From NCBI GenBank assembly GCA_951406725.2, contig OX597814.1:101990001-102054000 (forward strand): a stretch of 64,000 nucleotides of DNA. The letters run 5' to 3'. The DNA is from Octopus vulgaris (lineage: Eukaryota). The translations under genes were made by a program, and so were the position numbers. This document shows, piece after piece, positions 39,530 to 53,759 of this stretch. How positions within the stretch are numbered: position 1 is the first letter of the stretch; every line of letters begins with the position of its first letter. The notes beneath the pieces are model-generated. The model saw only the letters and a list, made by a program, of their open reading frames with translations. It did no database searches and was not told the DNA's origin.

Positions 39530-42500
39530 TTCTGGGTGCGGATTTTTTGAACAATTTTAATCTATTGGTAGATGTCAGGAGACAGAGACTCGTCGACGGT
39601 TCTACGTCTTAGTCTACACCTGCAAAGGCCACTACCAATGCTGTTCTATGTCCTTCATTTTTGTTGCCACTGCTGGTGATGTATTTCATTCACTCTTAGC
39701 TTCTTTCCCAGAGTTGGTAGATCAGCTATTCCAAACGGCAAAACTATCAGTCTTTTCACGCCTGCGGCGACTTGCTCCTGACCGTGTTAAGAAGGCTAGG
39801 TCCGAGTTTGAGCATATGCTCCAGCTTGGCCTTATTCGCCCCCTCCACCAGCCCTTGGGCATCTCCCCTTCATTTGGCACGAAAATGGGATTCTGATTTT
39901 CGCCCGGTGGGGGATTATAGACGTTTGACCGCGGTCACTGTTCCTGATCGCTATCCCATAATATATCTCCAGGACGTCTCTAATTTGCATGGTTGTACTA
40001 TTTTTTTCTAAGGTTGACCTAGTTCGTGCCTATCATCAAATACCAGTCAATCCTGAAGACGTTCCAAAAACTGCCATCACTACTCCCTTTGGCAGCTTCA
40101 AGTTCCTTTTTATGAGCTTCGGTTTGCGGAACGGCACGAGCATGTTCCAAAGATTTATCGATGAAGTTGTCTGTGGACTTGATTTTGTGTTCGCTTACGT
40201 TGAGGACATACTCATTGCAAGCGACAAGCGTGAGAATCACCTCCAACACTTAAATAAACTCTTTCAATGTCTTCGCGCCAACAATGTGCGAATCAATCCC
40301 AATAAGTGTGTTTTCGGACAGTCCTCTTTGGAATTTCTGGGGCATTATATCGACTCAAATGTTATCAAACCTCTCTCTTCCAAAGTTGATACAATTCAGC
40401 GCATCGCACTCCCCACTTCACTACGCCAACTCCGCCACTTTTGGGGATTCGTCAACTTCTACAGACGATTCATTCTTGACAGTGCAGAAAGGTTACTTCC
40501 CTTGACTCAGCTATTGAAGGAAAATACAAAAAGAATTCTCCTATTACTTTATCTGCCTTGGCGTTATCTGCTTTTGAGTCAATCAAGAAAGAAATAGCTT
40601 CTGTCCCTTTGCTGCCACATCCAGTTCCCGATGCTCCTCTCTCTTTAACCGTTGTTGCATCGGATTCTTCGGTTGGTGCTGTTTTGCAGCACACCGTAGA
40701 CAATCAGACTAAACTTTTGGCGTTTTCTTCTCGTCAATTAAAGCCAGCTGACCGTCGCTACAGTACGTTTGATCGCGAGCTCTTGGCGATCTACTTGCCA
40801 GTTCGTCATTTTCAACATCAACTCGAGAGCCGATTTTGTGATTTATACTGATCACAAGCCTCTTACGTTTGCTCTGTCATCTAAATAGGACAAATATTCG
40901 CCTCGTGCTTTTCGTCACCTGGACTACATTTTCCAGTTTACGAGTGACATTCGACACATACCTGGAACAGAGAACGTACCTGCTAACACACTCTGTCGTC
41001 TCCCTATGTGCTCCCTTTCATCTCCTGCTACAATCGATTTACCTGCCATTGCGCAGGATCAGCCAGCTCTGGACACTTTGGATTTACCTTCTACCAAGCT
41101 GTCCTGTTGCAAGTTTGCCTATCTTCCACTTCCGTCTGCAGAAGGCACCATTCTTTGTGACACAGTCACTGGTTCCCCCAGACTGTTTGTACCTGAGAAC
41201 TACCAGCGCTCTGTGTTTGATGCCTTGCATTTACTGTCCCATCGTGGCGTCGCTGCCCCGGTGAAGTTTATTTCGGCTCGGTTTTTCTGGCCTAATATGC
41301 GCCAGATGATCACAGAGTGGGCACGCTCTTGTGTAGAATGCCAGCGTTCTAAAACCCACAGGCATATTCGCGCTCCTCTTGGACAGTTTTCTCCTCCGGA
41401 GGCTCGCTTTCGTCATGTCCACATTGATCTGGTTGGACCATGGCCTATCAGTCGCGGTTTCTCTTATATATTGACATGCGTGTATCGTTTCTCTTGTTGG
41501 CCAGAGGCCATTCCAATTGTGGATATTTCTGCTGAGTCAGTTGCTCGAGCTTCCGTTTCTAACTGGATTGCTCGCTTTGGTGTCCCAGCTAAAATAATCA
41601 TTGATCGTGGACGCCAGTTCGAGGCTTCACCATTTCGTGAATTATCACGAATTCTAGGCATTCATCACATTCGTACGACCAGCTACCACCCAGCCTCCAA
41701 CGGGATGGTCGAACATTTTCACAGACAACTGAAGGCCGCTCAACGCGCCAATCCTGATCCGCAGTCTAGGACAGAATTCCTGCCAATCGTTCTTCTTGAT
41801 TGTCGTACTGCTGTTAAAGCAGACTTAGGTTTCTCCTCTGCTGAACTCCTTTACGGTACTACTCTGGCACTCCCTGGTACAATGTTAGCGCCAGACAACT
41901 CATCGCCTCCTGATCCAACGTCGTATGTCACCAGACTTCGCTCGTATTTCGCAAGTCTTCCACCTTTGCATCCGCGTGACCAGTCTATTTCCTCTCACGT
42001 CCCACCGGATATTAACAAATGGACTCATGTTTATGTTCGGGGTGATTCTGTCAGAGGGTCTCTCGTTTCTCCTTATAAGGGACCATTTCGTGTGCTATCG
42101 TGCACACCCAAAACTACTCGACATCAATGGTCGGGTAAAGACCGTGTCGGTCGACAGGCTTAAAAGGGCACATTTTGAGGTGTCCACACTCTTCAATGTC
42201 ACCCCAAATACGCCCACCTTTTATCCTTTACAACCACCTACACATCCACATGCACATGCACCTTTGACCACACCATCACCTATACCTTCACCTTCGTCAC
42301 CACTACCTAACACGAACAAACCCTATGTCACCAGGACTGGCTGCACTGTGCATTGGCCCCAAAAACTTACTAAAACTATTTATATCTGACAATCTCTTTC
42401 GTTTTACCTGTAACAGACAATTGCTTTCTTGTGTTACTGGACAGTTCCAATACTCTGCTACTGAACATTTTGTCAAATTTTGTGCATGCCAATTTATATT

Positions 42501-43051
42501 TCTTGCAATTATTTTTCCATTTGACTTGTCACAGTTTTGTCCCATATCTTGTTGGTTGCGATCAGTTACCATCTTTGTTCTTTATTGTGCCTGCTCCAAT
42601 TATTCTGTTTTCGCACTGCCGTACTCAGTGGGGAGCCCCTGTAGCGGCACAAGCAGTCAGCACCATATTGGATGAGATCTTGCGGCAGCCATTGCCATCT
42701 CCGAAACTGGAGCGAGACCTCACCTGCATCCATTTGCCATGCGCAAGTTCACAACGAGGCTAGATATAGCAAACTGGATATAAGCGCCCAACAAAAACAG
42801 ATTCATTCTCTTTTCATCACAAGCGCTTGCTGAGCACACTTCACTGGCTGGGCCTGTTTGCATGTTGTACCTCCAGAGGCAATGTGCCCGCACTAATGGA
42901 GATACGATACCACGCACACAGCTCGAGACGGTTGCTGAGAGCAGCACACTTCACCTGTTCTGTGAAACTTGTCAATAAACCGGTTGTAAATTGCATTTAT
43001 ACTTAAAGACTTCTTTCCTCGCCTGCTGGAGCCTGAACTATACGAAGAACA
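39530..43051 (+). mobile_element. Ty3/Gypsy LTR retrotransposon, 5'-truncated (RT-RNaseH-integrase, PPT, 3' LTR)
   Basis: [59 protein letters not shown] zinc finger, HIDLVGP, DRGRQF, YHPASNGMVE, PYKGPF; frameshifts. Confidence 0.95.
42640..43051 (+). repeat. Gypsy 3' LTR
   Basis: Follows purine tract agtggggagcccc, starts TGTAG, has AATAAA at ~42974, ends ..GAACA. Confidence 0.7.
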
Positions 43052-44054
43052 ATATTTAATGGGAGAAGGCGATATTCACCTGATTTCGTAAAATTTGCCT
43101 CCCATTATATATTTATGTATGAATATGGCATCGAACCCCCACCTCTGAAATGTGTTCATCGGTTGAGCCAACATATCCACTCACTTCTTTCTGTTAGAAT
43201 TAAGAACAATAATTTCATACTGTTGTTTTTAAAGAAACACACATGTGCGGTTCCTGCGTTAAATGGAGAAGCGGTGACTAGTGTCAAATCTGTAAATGAT
43301 AATAATTATCACATGCTTGAAGCTTATATGTCATTACCGTCATATAAGTTATCGACTGAAAAAATGTGGGTGTTAGTATGCATGGGAATCGAACCCACAC
43401 ATCTTGTATTCGCGGTAAGTGGGCCAACCGATTACGCCAACTTACCCACATACTTTTTCCCTGCCTTCTAACACTAACTAACTTCCTTCGAGGGCTTCTA
43501 TGCTCCAATATTAGACTATTTTCTTTTACCAATACAGTGATTGGCTTTTAAGCTTTAAGCTTATAATAATAATTATTATTATTTACAGAATTGCCACTCG
43601 CCATCGCTTCTACATTTAACACAAAATATGTGTGTGCGTGCGCGTGTGCGTGCGCGCGTGCGTGTGCGTGCGCGCGTGCGTGTGCGTGCGCGCGTGCGTG
43701 TGCGTGCGCGCGTGCGTGCGTGTGCGTGCGCGCGTGCGTGTGCGTGCGCGCGTGCGTGTGTGTGTAAGTATATCAGTTGAATAAAGATAAAGCATGGTCT
43801 AATTTTCACGTTTTTTATTATGGTATTTTAACATCAAAAAATATTTTGTAATACTCATAAAGTTAACTTAGCGCTTTCATAAATAGAGTAACCATTAGAT
43901 TTCAAATGTGTTTAACTTTATGAGCATTACAAAGTTTTTCTTTTAATGCTAAAATACTATAATAAAAACCGTGAAAACCAGACCATCTTTTAACTTTATT
44001 CAACTGATATATTATTCTATACACATTCACACAAATTCGAAACAAAATATATAA

Positions 44055-44141
<87 letters not shown>

Positions 44142-44149
44142 CCTAATTG

Positions 44150-44420
44150 AGGGATCAGAGTTCTCTTTCAATTAGGGTCAACATTTTACAGTGAAAAGCA
44201 ACTTCACATGTGCTTCGGAGGACCTGATATATGTATTAGCCTGTTCTAGGCGTCGAGGGCAATACATAGGCCAAACCAAAAACAGTCTACGACAAAGGAT
44301 GGCTCTACATAGAACCCAGATCAAAATTTGGAAATACAGAAAAATAGCATTCAGCGAATACATCGACACTTGCACCAAAAACAAATAACCTAGCTTCAGA
44401 ATTTTCCCCTCTACCAATTC
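44150..44420 (+). mobile_element. Penelope-like GIY-YIG fragment
   Basis: FTCASEDLIYVLACSRRRGQYIGQTKNSLRQRMALH..FSEYIDTC. Confidence 0.8.
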
Positions 44421-46133
44421 AGGGATAATGCATTCTAATGTAGAAACTAGTGTTAAAATTTTGAAATGATGCCAAATTGTTTTTTCAAACTGTTTTTTCC
44501 AAAATTTTAATTTCCCCATAAACCTTTTATCTTCTGAGAATAGGTGACCAAATCTGATTTTCTACCTTGCAGCTCTAAGTTAAGTAGATTCACTGTTTTA
44601 AAAATATCACTCAAGTAGAATATTTTTTATTTAAACTCAGAAAGTCTTTCCAAAATTTTCTTAACTGTATCAGCTTGCTTCTTGGAGTTGTAATGAGTCA
44701 TTTGACTCTTGAACATGAGAAAGTTGATTAATGGTTGCCACAAATTCACTAGTCTTTCAAGGATCAGACCATTTGACAACCATCTTACTTCTGCATGAAG
44801 CAATAGGGCTTTAAAATCTTCATCTTCACAGAATTGCCTAAAATATCTATTATTCACTGAGTTTGATTTGACAAAGTTAATTGCATATATGGTAGTATTG
44901 AGTGCTTCTTCCATGTGTCCTCCAATATTCTTAGCAACCAAATGCTGTCTGTGGATAAAAGATGTAAGGAGCAAAACAAAGCCTTTCACTTTTCCAGTCA
45001 TGGCTGCAGCTCTATCTGATGCAATGTTGATCAAGTTAGTCAATGGAATATTTTTATTATTAAAATACTGCATTACTTCATTGAATATATCTTCTCCATT
45101 AGTAGTTTCCGACAAACTTTTAATGAATAACTTTTCTTCCCTTATGTCATCTTCATGGACGAATCTGACATAGACCAGAAGGATAGCTTGGTTATGAATT
45201 GTGCTATCATCAAACTGGATAGAAAAATTTGTCTTTTGGAGAATTTCCACAATCTTCTTATCAATAAAATTAGACATTTCATCCTGTCTTCTTGTAATTG
45301 TGTTATTTGAAAGTGGAATTGTACTCAGAGTAGATGCAGCATCTTTTCCCAGAACCTCATTTGCACAAGCTATCAAAGCAGGCTTGACAAGTTTCTTACC
45401 ATAAATTTGAGGTGCTGCAACCTTGGCAATAATTTCAGAGATCAAATAACTTGGTTTGAGTGTCTTTGCTTTTTCAGTATCTATCTTCTTTACAAAGTTG
45501 GATAGTTTGATTGGCTGTATTTTCTTTTTATTCTCAAAATATTCCCTACCTTTGCCAACAAATGATGGATGCCTTAATTTCTGGTGCTGTTCCAGCTTAA
45601 CTTTCTTTATGGAATGATTTGTCATGATGGCATCACATTCAAGACACATAGGTTTTGAGTCTACAGATACAAAACCAAATATGATAAAATCTTCTTTGTA
45701 GTTCCTCAGTTTTGCAATTTTAGTAGTTGGTTCAGACATTATTACAACTGATCTTAAAATTAAAATAATAAATACTCTATTTCAATAAAATAATAAATAC
45801 TTTCTATAAATTAAAAGTATCAAATTTATTATTAAACAATATTGTATATTAAAAATATCAAATTTATTATGAAACTGTTATGATTGTAAAATTTAAATTC
45901 TTGATTGTAATATAATATTGATTTTGTTATTATACATTATTGATTCTTATGGAATAATTATTGAGTTTTGTTTATTATTATTATTATTATTCTGTTTTCA
46001 TATCAATTATTAACTAACTGTGTTTTTATTATCGAACAATATTGTGTAGATCTGAAATGGCTTCAATGATTTTTATGGTTACGAATTCTCTGGGGACTAC
46101 CGGTGGCCCTAGGAACCACGTTGCGAATCACTG
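44420..46133 (-). mobile_element. hAT (Buster/Charlie-type) transposon, 3'-truncated; transposase ORF 44627-45739
   Basis: KPMCLEC..LEQH BED finger, IPLSNNTITRR, FSIQFDDST, IASDRAAAMTG, FIHRQHL, EVRWLSNG; terminus CAGTGATTCGCAAC on minus strand ending at 46133. Confidence 0.9.
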
Positions 46134-46675
46134 CCTTAGAATAATACCCACACAAATATTAAAAACGATATATTCAGAACAGTCACTTCCCATGAATTTA
46201 TTCAAAACAATTCCAATCACTACCATCACAACCACAACGGGTCAGTTTTAAGTCATTTGACCATTTAAGAGGATTCCACCAACATTCTGCTACTATCATA
46301 CCACTCTCGCATTCTTCTTCTTCTTCTTCTTCTTTTTCTTTCTCTTCTTTGCCACCGCCGCCGCCTCTTTTCTCAATTACTACTCCTGCTAAATCAAAAA
46401 CAAGAATTCCTATTAAACTACTACTACCTGCTGCCCACTACATAGAACTCACATAAGTAAAAAAGAGAGACAGAGAAAGACAGAAAAAAGGAAAATGTCC
46501 CTTGCATTTGAAAACTATGGACATATATTTAAAAACATTTCATTAAATTTTTCCACAATTTAATAGTTTTTCCTGCTTTACTCTGAGTTGAAAAAGTCAC
46601 AAAGCCAGAAACTGGTACTAAAATGTTCTTCATGGTAAAATTATTTTAGCATTTTCTACCTTGTTTTATTTTCCT

Positions 46676-46710
<35 letters not shown>

Positions 46711-46711
46711 T

Positions 46712-46910
46712 ATAGGAGTGGCTATGTGGTAAGTAGCTTGCTTATGAACCACATGGTTCTGGGTTCAGTCCCACTGTGTGGAACCTTGGGCAAGTGTCTG
46801 TTACTATAGCCTCGAGCCAACCAAAGCCTTGTGAGTGGATTTGGTAGACGGAAACTGAAAGAAGCTCGTCGTATATATGTATATATGTGTGTGTATACGT
46901 TTGTGTGTTA
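46712..46910 (+). mobile_element. SINE family 1, 5' half
   Basis: Same consensus head. Confidence 0.85.
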
Positions 46911-47074
46911 GACAATTTAGCTCTTATTTCTATTAGATCATTAGCTCTTATTTCTATCAATCTAGTTATTTTTTAACACCCTAATCACATTTAGTGACAA
47001 TTATAAATTCTCCTTTTTTGTGAAACATTGCAACCTGCTCTTCATATACATACATACATACATACATACATACA

Positions 47075-47105
<31 letters not shown>

Positions 47106-47121
47106 CTACATATATACATAT

Positions 47122-47204
<83 letters not shown>

Positions 47205-47374
47205 GCCACTAAACAAATATTTTTCTCTCCTTGTTTTTTCTGTGTCCCTTTCTGTAGAAGAGCGTAGGCTCGAAATGTAAAAGACTTTTTCTATTCCTGA
47301 GCGTTATACTAATACATCTGTTTGTTTTGTACACCACCTATCTTCGTCTTTTGTTTCTTCGTAAACTCTCCCTA

Positions 47375-47499
<125 letters not shown>

Positions 47500-47624
47500 A
47501 TGTATATGTACATATAATATTTGTAAACAAACCCGGAGGCTTGATAATTTGCAGAGAAAGATCAACAATGAAATTTTTTATACAGTAATACTATAAAATA
47601 ATATATAATAATAATAATTTTACA

Positions 47625-48920
47625 TGGAAAAATGTAAGCAAAAAAAATTATATTCTGAAGATTATAAACCTGGAAAAGTACAGGACAAGTGTTATTACAC
47701 TTGGAAAAGTTCAAGACAACTTATTACATCTGTTAAAGTACAAAACAAGAACATTTTTACGTAAAATATTACAATTAAGGCTAAAATTTCAAATAAAATA
47801 TTTAGATTTAGAACATATTAGCTTTTATTCAGACTAAAAATTTTATAACAAGTTATTACTTCTGTTTGTTATTGCTTGTTACTTCTATAAAAATTAAAAA
47901 TAACTCAATTAAAATAATTTTTTTACTTTAAAAAATGCATTTTTTTAAAATTATTAATTTACTAATTAGAAATTTGAAAATAGGTTATAAAAAATAATAG
48001 TAGTGCATAATTGGTTAGTACAATGAATAGAAGAATACAAAAATTAGTTATATATTACAGTAAAATCTACCTATAACAACAATTTCTCAGTAAAATTTGC
48101 TTGAGTTATTGCCTAAGATATTGCCAATTCTCCACATTTTTAGTCTTGGCCCTATGCCTATATTTTACATAATGAATTTGCCTACCATGTATACTCTTTA
48201 CTTACTTGTTTTCAGTCATTTGACTGCGGCCATGCTGGAGCACCGCCTTTAGTCGAGCAACTCGACCCCGGGACTTATTCTTTTTGTAAGCCCAGTACTT
48301 ATTCTATCGGTCTCTTTTTGCCGAACCGCTAAGTGACGGGGACGTAAACACACCAGCATCGGTTGTCAAGCAATGCTAGGGGAACAAACACAGACACACA
48401 AACACACACACATATATATATATACATACATATATATGACAGGCTTCTTTCAGTTTCCGTCTACCAAATCCACTCACAAGGCATTGGTCGGCCCGGGGCT
48501 ATAGCAGAAGACACATGCCCAAGATGCCACGCAGTGGGACTGAACCCGGAAACATGTGATTGGTTAGCAAGCTACTTACCACACAGCCACTCCTGCGCCT
48601 ATACTGTTCTATTTTCCATAAAACTTTAGCTATATTGGTACTTCTTGCTCTCATTTTTTAAGTATTCTAGTGTGTCAATATTTTAACAAAATGATGGTAT
48701 TTTTATAATTATAATGTTACTTTGTAAATTAAAATGAAATAATTTCCAGCATTCAAATTTTATCCTTAACTGCAATATTTTAAGTAAAAATTTTCTTGTT
48801 CTGTACTTTACCAGATGTAATAAGTTGTCCTGAACTTTTCCAAGTGTAATAAATTGTCCTGTACTTTTCCAGATTTATAATCTTAAGAAAATTATTTCTC
48901 TTGCTCTCATCTTTTCCAGG
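47625..48920. mobile_element. AT-rich foldback/MITE with ~170-bp inverted arms, with a SINE inserted
   Basis: ggaaaagtacaggacaa..acttattacatctg / cagatgtaataagt..ttgtcctgtacttttcc; ~30-bp internal subrepeats. Confidence 0.65.
48193..48600 (-). mobile_element. tRNA-derived SINE family 1
   Basis: Same consensus. Confidence 0.9.
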
Positions 48921-50212
48921 CTATGCTATTTTGCTAATTAATAATGTGTCATTTACTAATTTAAGATTTTGCCTTATTGAAAATTGAATAAGTTTAATAA
49001 ATTTCTAAATAATATTTTCATTTTTTTTTTTTCATTTTTGTGATTGATTTATTATTATTGAATTGAAATATATAGGTTTAATCTAAAATATGAAAATAAG
49101 ATTAGTAATTCTTCGATTTGACCTTATCATTTAAACTTAGTTAAACTTTTTAAAATAAAAGGGTTAATTAATTATACTTGAATCCAATTTTTTGCCTTAC
49201 TGAGAAATTCCTGCCAATGTAAACTATTATGATTCTGTTTCTCATCTCAGATATCACGGGACTGTGTTTACATGATATAATTGCATTAATTAATACAGAT
49301 GTCGTTATTAAACAAATTGCAAATTAGCGGTGTCATTGATAATATTTTCCTTACCTCAATGATGCCGATGACATATATTAAAAGTTCCTTTATGGAACTA
49401 TATTCATAAAAAAGTATAGAACTATATTATCACCCTCAAATTTGAGAAGCAAACACTCATAATGTGTTTCTTTTAAAAATTCATTGCATGAAATTGATGC
49501 CATAAAATTCCTCGAATGGCGCTCTATCATTTAAGCCTAATTAAAATATAGTTTGTTTTTTTAAAATAAAAGAAGTTAATCATACTTAAATCCAATTTTT
49601 TGCCTTATATTTTTTTCATATTTTACCTCACAACTGTTTTGATACAAATTTTTGTCGCATGGGACCAAAACTATGAAATTCCTCATGCTTTATTCTATCA
49701 TTGAAGCTTAGATAAATATATTCTGCTTTTAAAATAAAAAGAAAACGTTATTTAGATCTAAACATGATTGGAGACGTTACTCCTATAACGTTTCTACAAA
49801 TTTTGATGTAAACTTTCTGCTACTGAACCAAATCTCAATTTTTTATGCCAAAATGTAGCTAGGGACAAGTCCTCTTCAAAACTGTTAACAGTTTTCAATT
49901 TGGTTAAGAACTGATTTAACGACAAAGCTCTGGAGATGCTGTGTGTGAGTAAACTGCGGCCTTAAGAATACGATTCAATTAGTAACATAGCTGAATGACA
50001 TATACTCCGATTAATGCGACATTATCTAAACAATTAACCAAAAAATGATGAGTTTACCCAGGTTAGAATCAAACCCACGTATCAACTCTAACATGGCGTC
50101 ACGTGCTTCTGATTGAGCCATAAATTTCAGTCAAGTTTTATATATAGATACTTAACTATCTAGTACTAGATTATTATTATGATATCTTATTATATAGTTA
50201 TTATTGTATATA

Positions 50213-51476
50213 CGAGGGGTGTATGAAAAGTTTTGAGCCTAACCTAGAAACGACGCTGCTAGGTAGCTGAAACAATTTTTTCTGGTAAGTACAGTCTTTT
50301 TGAAGTATTCTTGCTCATTTTCATGATTCTGATATTTTAAATTTTGTTGTTGAATAAACAAGTGTCAAGGTTACAAGGAAAATGGAGAAAACTGAGTATC
50401 GTGCTGTCATAAAGTACCTTCATTTGAAAGGCATGACTTCATCGGAAATCCATGAAGATATGGTGAGAACCTTAACAAACAGTGCTCCTTCATAAGCAAC
50501 AGTCAAACGCTGGGTAAATGAATTCCAGCGTGGCAGGGAGAGTGTGGAAGATGATCCCACACCGAGGACAACATTGACCTTGCCCTTGGTATGATAATGC
50601 AAGATCATTGAATATCATATTGCCAGATAGCTGAGAGACTGGGCATCTCAAATGAAAGAGTAGACAACATTGTGACAAAAGAACTTAGGTTCTCAAAGGT
50701 TTCTGCAAGGTGGGTCCCTCACCTTTTGACTCCTGAACAGAAACACACCAGATGCACTTTGTCCACGAGCAAACTGGAACTGTTTGAAGCCGATGAAGAG
50801 AATTTTCTTGCTCATTTTAATACTATGGACGAAAGTTGGGTTCATCACTACCAGCCTGAAACCAAAGAACAATCAAAGCAATGGAAGCACACATCTTCTC
50901 CTACCCCAAAGAAGGCTAGGTAATTCCTTCAGCTGGCAAGGTCATGGCATCAGTTTTTGGGGATTCTCAGGGTGTCTTGCTGATCAATTAGCTTGAAAAG
51001 GATCACACTGTGACAGGTCTGTATTATTCTCAGCTACTGTAATGCCTCCAGGAAGCAATAAAAAAAAGACCAGGAATGCTTACCAGAGGTGTCCTTTTTC
51101 ATCACGACAATGCTCCAGCCCACACCTCAGTGGTTGCCATGGCAACAATTCGTGATTGTGGATACGAACTTGTTCCCCATCTGCCTTATTCGCCAGACTT
51201 AGCCCCCCTCTGACTTTCATCTATTCCCAAAAAGGAAAAAAGCCCTGGCTGGTTGCCATTTTGCCACTGACAATGACGTCATAGACGCTGTAAGAAGTTT
51301 CTTAGAGTCTCAAACAAAAGAGTTCCTCTACGCTGGGATAATGGCACTTCAGCACCGCTGGAGACAGTGTTCAGCCATCAAAGGGGACTATGTTGAAAAA
51401 TAAATCACCAGAAGTCTTGTACTATGTTTTTTTGTTTGTTTTTTTTTGAGGCTCAAGACTTTTCAGATACCACTCG
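50213..51476 (+). mobile_element. mariner (DD34D) transposon, full length, inactivated; transposase 50382-51403
   Basis: TA-flanked TIRs cgaggggtgtatgaaaagttttgagcct / aggctcaagacttttcagataccactcg; WVPHLL, TMDESW, HHDNAPAH, YSPDLAP; several stops. Confidence 0.95.
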
Positions 51477-51847
51477 TATCTATATATATGTGCATGTTTA
51501 TGTATCAGGCGTGTATGTCCGTATTCATATATGTGTCCGCTTAAGTGTATGCGGACACGTCTGAGGTTATAAACTCAAGTTGATTTACATTCTGATGAGG
51601 GTTACTTAGCAGTAACTTCAAAGTCACTGTCTACTTTTTAAAAATCAATATGATGCTCTACTGAAAGATATCCAGTGATTCATCAGCATTTCGCTTTAAA
51701 CTTTCATTGCATTTATATATTGATAAATGTAAAAACAAACATTCGTGTATGGGTCTTTATGATAGCGTATGTGTGCGTTTACTGCCGTGAGTGTATTTTT
51801 GTTGGTGTGTCGTATGTATGTGTGTGTGTGTATTTGTGTGAGTACTT

Positions 51848-51894
<47 letters not shown>

Positions 51895-51990
51895 TGTGTG
51901 TATGCATGTGTTTGTGTTTGCTTTTAAATGAGTGTGTATACGAAGGTTATTGTTTGCGTGTTTGTATGCGTTTCTGTGAGTATATTTATA

Positions 51991-52057
<67 letters not shown>

Positions 52058-53759
52058 GTGTATGTATGTATGTATGTATGTATGTATGTATGTATGTATG
52101 TATGTATGTATGTATATGTGTGTCTATATTTTCTGTATGGGTAAATTTATACACTACACAATAGCAGAGGATTTACTACTTAGAATTTCTTCAAGTTGAA
52201 TAATGAAATTATTCTAATATCAATACAGAATCTTTGCCCGTCTGTAATTTCTCTGATTCGTAATAAAAAAGCACGTTAACACTTTTTAACTCTCGTTCAT
52301 TGATTATTCTGTCTTTTCATGGTTTTAACCTCACAGTTAATGTTAGGTAACTGCATGACGTTAATGTAATAGTTATATCCCTTGTGTGGAGTAACTGCTT
52401 GGAATGTTCATAGATGCAGTCTAACGGAAATCTATAAAATTGTCAATCCTTGTTTAAACACACACACGTATGTATGTATATGTGTACGAAATGTAATTAT
52501 GTATGAATGATTAGATGTATACAAGGGCCTAGGAACAGGGAGTGCAGCGGGTGCACCTGCACCCCTTGGAATTTTCAGGTGGCGCAAGATCAAAATTTGC
52601 ACCCCCTACATAATTTTACCAGTTTCAGAAAATTAGTGTCTAAAAAATTATCTGTATAAGATGCTTGAAGCTAGATTTCGTTTCAAAGCAAAAACATAGA
52701 ACAAAAATAAATAAATAAAAGTGATAAAGCTGGGCTTAAAATTCCCAAGGGAATTTATGACTAACCAACTTCTGAAGCAAAGTAGCGTCAAAATAAAAAG
52801 TACGTGACGACAACGGCAGTAGCAGCAAACAACAAGAACAACAATATGACCAGCATCTACGGCTACTCTTCAATACATAGCATTACTTGGATTCTTGAAG
52901 ACAGCTCTATTCTGACAAAAATAACTCCAAAATCTTGCAATGCTGAAAATGTGTGAAGGTTCTTGTCCTCTCTCAGTCTGTCACCTCTCTCAAGCTCTTT
53001 GAAGTTGATGTTGCTAAAGACTGACGACATGGTTGAATGGATTCGGCTGTTTGACCTCAACCTAAAAATAAAAGCCCTTTAAAAATTCTTTCAGTCATAT
53101 CGGTTTTCTCATTTAGGTTGATAGGTCTAAAGTTTGACAAGGGAACAAAATGATTTATTTTTATCTTTGATATTTAATGCTCATTGTTAAATGCTTTGAT
53201 ACTTATTGCTCATTCGAAATACTAGTCCAGTTTAATAATAAAAAAAAAAGATTTTGGAAGGAAACATTTAACTATAAATGATTGCAGACCAACCCCGAAA
53301 TTACCTAATTTGCAAAGAAATGTATTCGACAATTTCAGACTAATTTATATAAAAAGGAAATGACATTAAAAGCATTACCCACCATCATCCTGACGCGGTT
53401 AACCACGAAGATTACTTCAGAGGTGCTTTTTTTTTACTCACAAGTCTAACCCTAGCTGAGGCCAGCACACAGGCTAATATGCTTTTAACAGAGGTCTTTA
53501 ATTTTACTAATCTTAGCTGATCCGAGGAGTATATCCAGCCTGGAACCAAGCAACTGATATAACAAAAGACTTTCCCATACAACAAATTATTACCTGTTCA
53601 ATTAGGGGAAAATAGCATACTCGACTTTGTTTTTATTCACAATGTTCATGTCATTCCCACAGCTATTTCCAACCAAAGCATTATACAATTATCTGTATAA
53701 TAATAATGTTCGTCCTTCGGGTTCGAAGATAACCACTGACATCATCTGGTGGAACTGTA

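Noticed and set aside
43385-43445. tRNA-like sequence on the minus strand (GGTTCGATTCC B-box); similar at ~25740-25800
   Set aside because: No full cloverleaf; most likely decayed SINE heads
44627-45739. 370-aa ORF as a domesticated ZBED8/SCAND3-like host gene
   Set aside because: Truncated, catalytic-region motifs altered, and still attached to a transposon terminus
49100-49760. Three imperfect direct repeats (tatcatttaa..ttttaaaataaaa..aatccaattttttgcctta)
   Set aside because: Degenerate AT-rich local duplications with no structure, TSD or coding signal
51592-51632. CTGATGA-gggttac..gtaactt hairpin resembling a hammerhead
   Set aside because: GAAA box and stems I and III are not satisfied; too degenerate to call
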